From the human T2T-CHM13v2.0 reference genome, Homo sapiens, in assembly GCF_009914755.1 (NCBI RefSeq), contig NC_060927.1: a stretch of DNA of 64,000 nucleotides. One strand, 5' to 3'. The notes below the pieces were generated by a model. That model was not told the origin of the DNA. It saw only the letters and a list, made by a program, of their open reading frames with translations, and made no database searches. Each line of letters begins with the position of its first letter. Position 1 is the stretch's first letter. Below are positions 61,707-64,000 of the stretch, in pieces. Both the position numbers and the translations under genes were made by a program.

Positions 61707-62839
61707 TTGCATCTCTGTATTCTGCAAATTGAATATTAGAAATACCCAAAATAACTGAACAAATATCATTTATATAAAATTTTATTTTATATTATAACAT
61801 ACAAATGAAATACTGTAACAATGCCAAATTATATAAATTGAAAATTATATTTTGAGCTTCAGAGAAAATCAGTCTTATCTATTTTTTCATGTCCAGTGCC
61901 TATCATAAACCTAGGAAAATATACACTGAAAAAAATGGTTTTTGCAGTAAGAATTAAGTGAATAGCTTTCGGAACTTTGGATGTATCTTGGATCAATTCA
62001 GTATCAGTTCTAAAATAAAACTTTTCACTTTATTAAAAAAGAAACTCACATTTTCTCATGTGTTAAGTTAAAGAAAAATGTCTTGTAAATATTAATCTTC
62101 TAAAACTCACATTGAAAACTCACACTGATTCTTCAAGTGTCGTGACATAGCAAAACGTTTGACTTCAATGTCCTTCATCTGCTGATGAGGAGTCATTATA
62201 TAGACGACTTTCTCTTAAGCCTGTTCACAAACTAAAATCTAACTCAGATTTTCCAAGGCCCACTTATATTCTCCATCTTGACTTACTATAGTTTGTTAGG
62301 AAGGTCTTTATAACTGTATTCTTTTTGTTTTCTGGAAGATGTAATAAAGGCAGAAAAAATTAGTTACCAAAGCAATGTGAACTGTATAATAATGCAGCTG
62401 TGCATAGAGAATGTAAGAGGATTATTTGCAATTTAGATTATATTTAATGCAAATATCTCAATCTAGTTCACTTTTATTAGTTGCTTCCTCCCATCTCCAG
62501 ACATTTCTATTGCTAACGGTAGAAATGAGAAAAATAATTACCGAAGAACAATTCCCTAGATTCATTATAGTTTGTTCAGTTTTTTTCTTAGTTAAATAAT
62601 AAGGTTTGCTATTTTTGGGCAGGAATCAAGGTACCTAGAGGGACAGGATTATAATAGCATACCTTAGAAATTTGCAAAAATTCATAAATTAACTAAGGAT
62701 GATTTCTTGTATCTAAATATACTGTGCTATAAGAGTCCATGGCCAAGTAGCTTATTAAACTTTTACTGTTTCATCATTCCTGACTTGTGGATTGGAATAC
62801 ATCCTCAGCTTCACAGAGAATTTGGATATAGGTTTTTAT

Positions 62840-62895
62840 GAGAAAAAAGAAGGGAAGAGAAAGGGAGAGGAGAGGAGAAGAGGAGAAGAGAAGAA
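62840..62895. repeat. Polypurine (GAGAG/GAGAA) tract
   Basis: About 55 bp of pure A/G. Confidence 0.8.
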
Positions 62896-64000
62896 CCCCA
62901 CAGGAAATATATAATCTGTATGATCCTTTACACAAATTTGATCAAAGGCAAAACATTTCAATGTGCTAAACTTTCTAGGAAATAAAAAAGAAGACTTATT
63001 TTCATCCAGCACTAATAAAGGGGAACAAATTACACTTCATTTAAAAAAATACTAGGAAGAAGACATACTAGCTGCACATAATTTTCAAACTTTAAGAAAA
63101 ATTAACAGCTGTAGTAAATGGAGGCATGCAAAAATATTGGATGAGGTTTCATCACTAGCAATAAGCAAAGACCAATTATGATATAATATAGCTTGACATC
63201 TGTTATCAAAGTGGATGCCTCATAAGTAAGAAAGAAACATTTGGTTTGAAGGGGAAATAAAAACACACACAAAAATGTAAAACTGAATCCTGCATATAAG
63301 GTGAGACTTCTTGAATGATTTCTGGTATCAGAAGTCTTCCTTTACTCTAATCATTTGTTTTATTACTAGATCCTAATGAAGAGCCTTGTTCATATTGTCA
63401 GTCAGTATTGTTAAGCTCTGTTCTGTTCAAGAAATAAAATGGAGTATAAAATGCCTTAAGCACAAAGAAATATTTTTTCTTTTTAATCCAAATCAAAATC
63501 TTCACGTATTTTCACCGTTGCTGAGATGTAGTGTGTTTTTTTAATCCTAAATTTCTAACTGGGAATCAAGTGCCCACTTAAAGCATACTTTTATATATTA
63601 TGTGAACATTTTAATCTTAATAAGTATTTAAAAGAGGCTTGTGTACTTAACCCACTCTCCTAAATACTTCACTAAAGTCGTTGGATAGAGTCATGAAAAC
63701 AAATTGGTTTCCAGTGCACAGTTCTCTTTTAGTAATTTCTTTGTATTGCACATCTTCAGTTATTCATCAGCTGAAAGGGCAAAGAGTTACCACACAAAAG
63801 ATCTCTAAGATCTTTAGTACACTGTTGGTATGATGGATGAACAAAGCTTTCATGGTCTGGAAGATTATTCTGTCTTCTTTCCTCTGCATTGTTTGGATAT
63901 AAAGGTTTGCATAATTAGCTGGCAAGTTAAAGAGGAGATACGAGGCAATGTTTAGCCTCCTCCAACTTCAGAAAATGAATTGGGCTGAATACTAAATCAT

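Overview
AT-rich simian primate (most likely human) intergenic or deep-intronic DNA with no recognisable protein-coding exon, RNA gene, CpG island or prokaryotic system. About half is interspersed repeat: several L1 generations (ancient L1M, two large L1MA-age copies, one L1PA7/8-like copy with a clean TSD), ten AluS-age Alus, a deleted ERVL (MLT2) provirus, solo LTRs (MER21, MER50, MER67, MER77-like, MSTA, MLT1A), DNA-transposon relics (MER58B, MER2, Tigger2a) and L2/MIR remnants. The ORFs in the track are decayed L1/ERVL frames, Alu read-through or chance ORFs. The best non-obvious items are a 3'UTR-only mRNA retrocopy at about 12007-12946 inside a nested repeat stack, a perfect 64-bp tandem duplication, a (TCTA)13 STR inside an MLT2 LTR, an Alu with a G-rich tail in place of poly(A), and a compact NF-kB/AP-1/C-EBP motif cluster in unique DNA. 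I found no convincing new biological system. Subfamily names come from remembered consensus sequences, not a RepeatMasker run, and boundaries of old elements are approximate.
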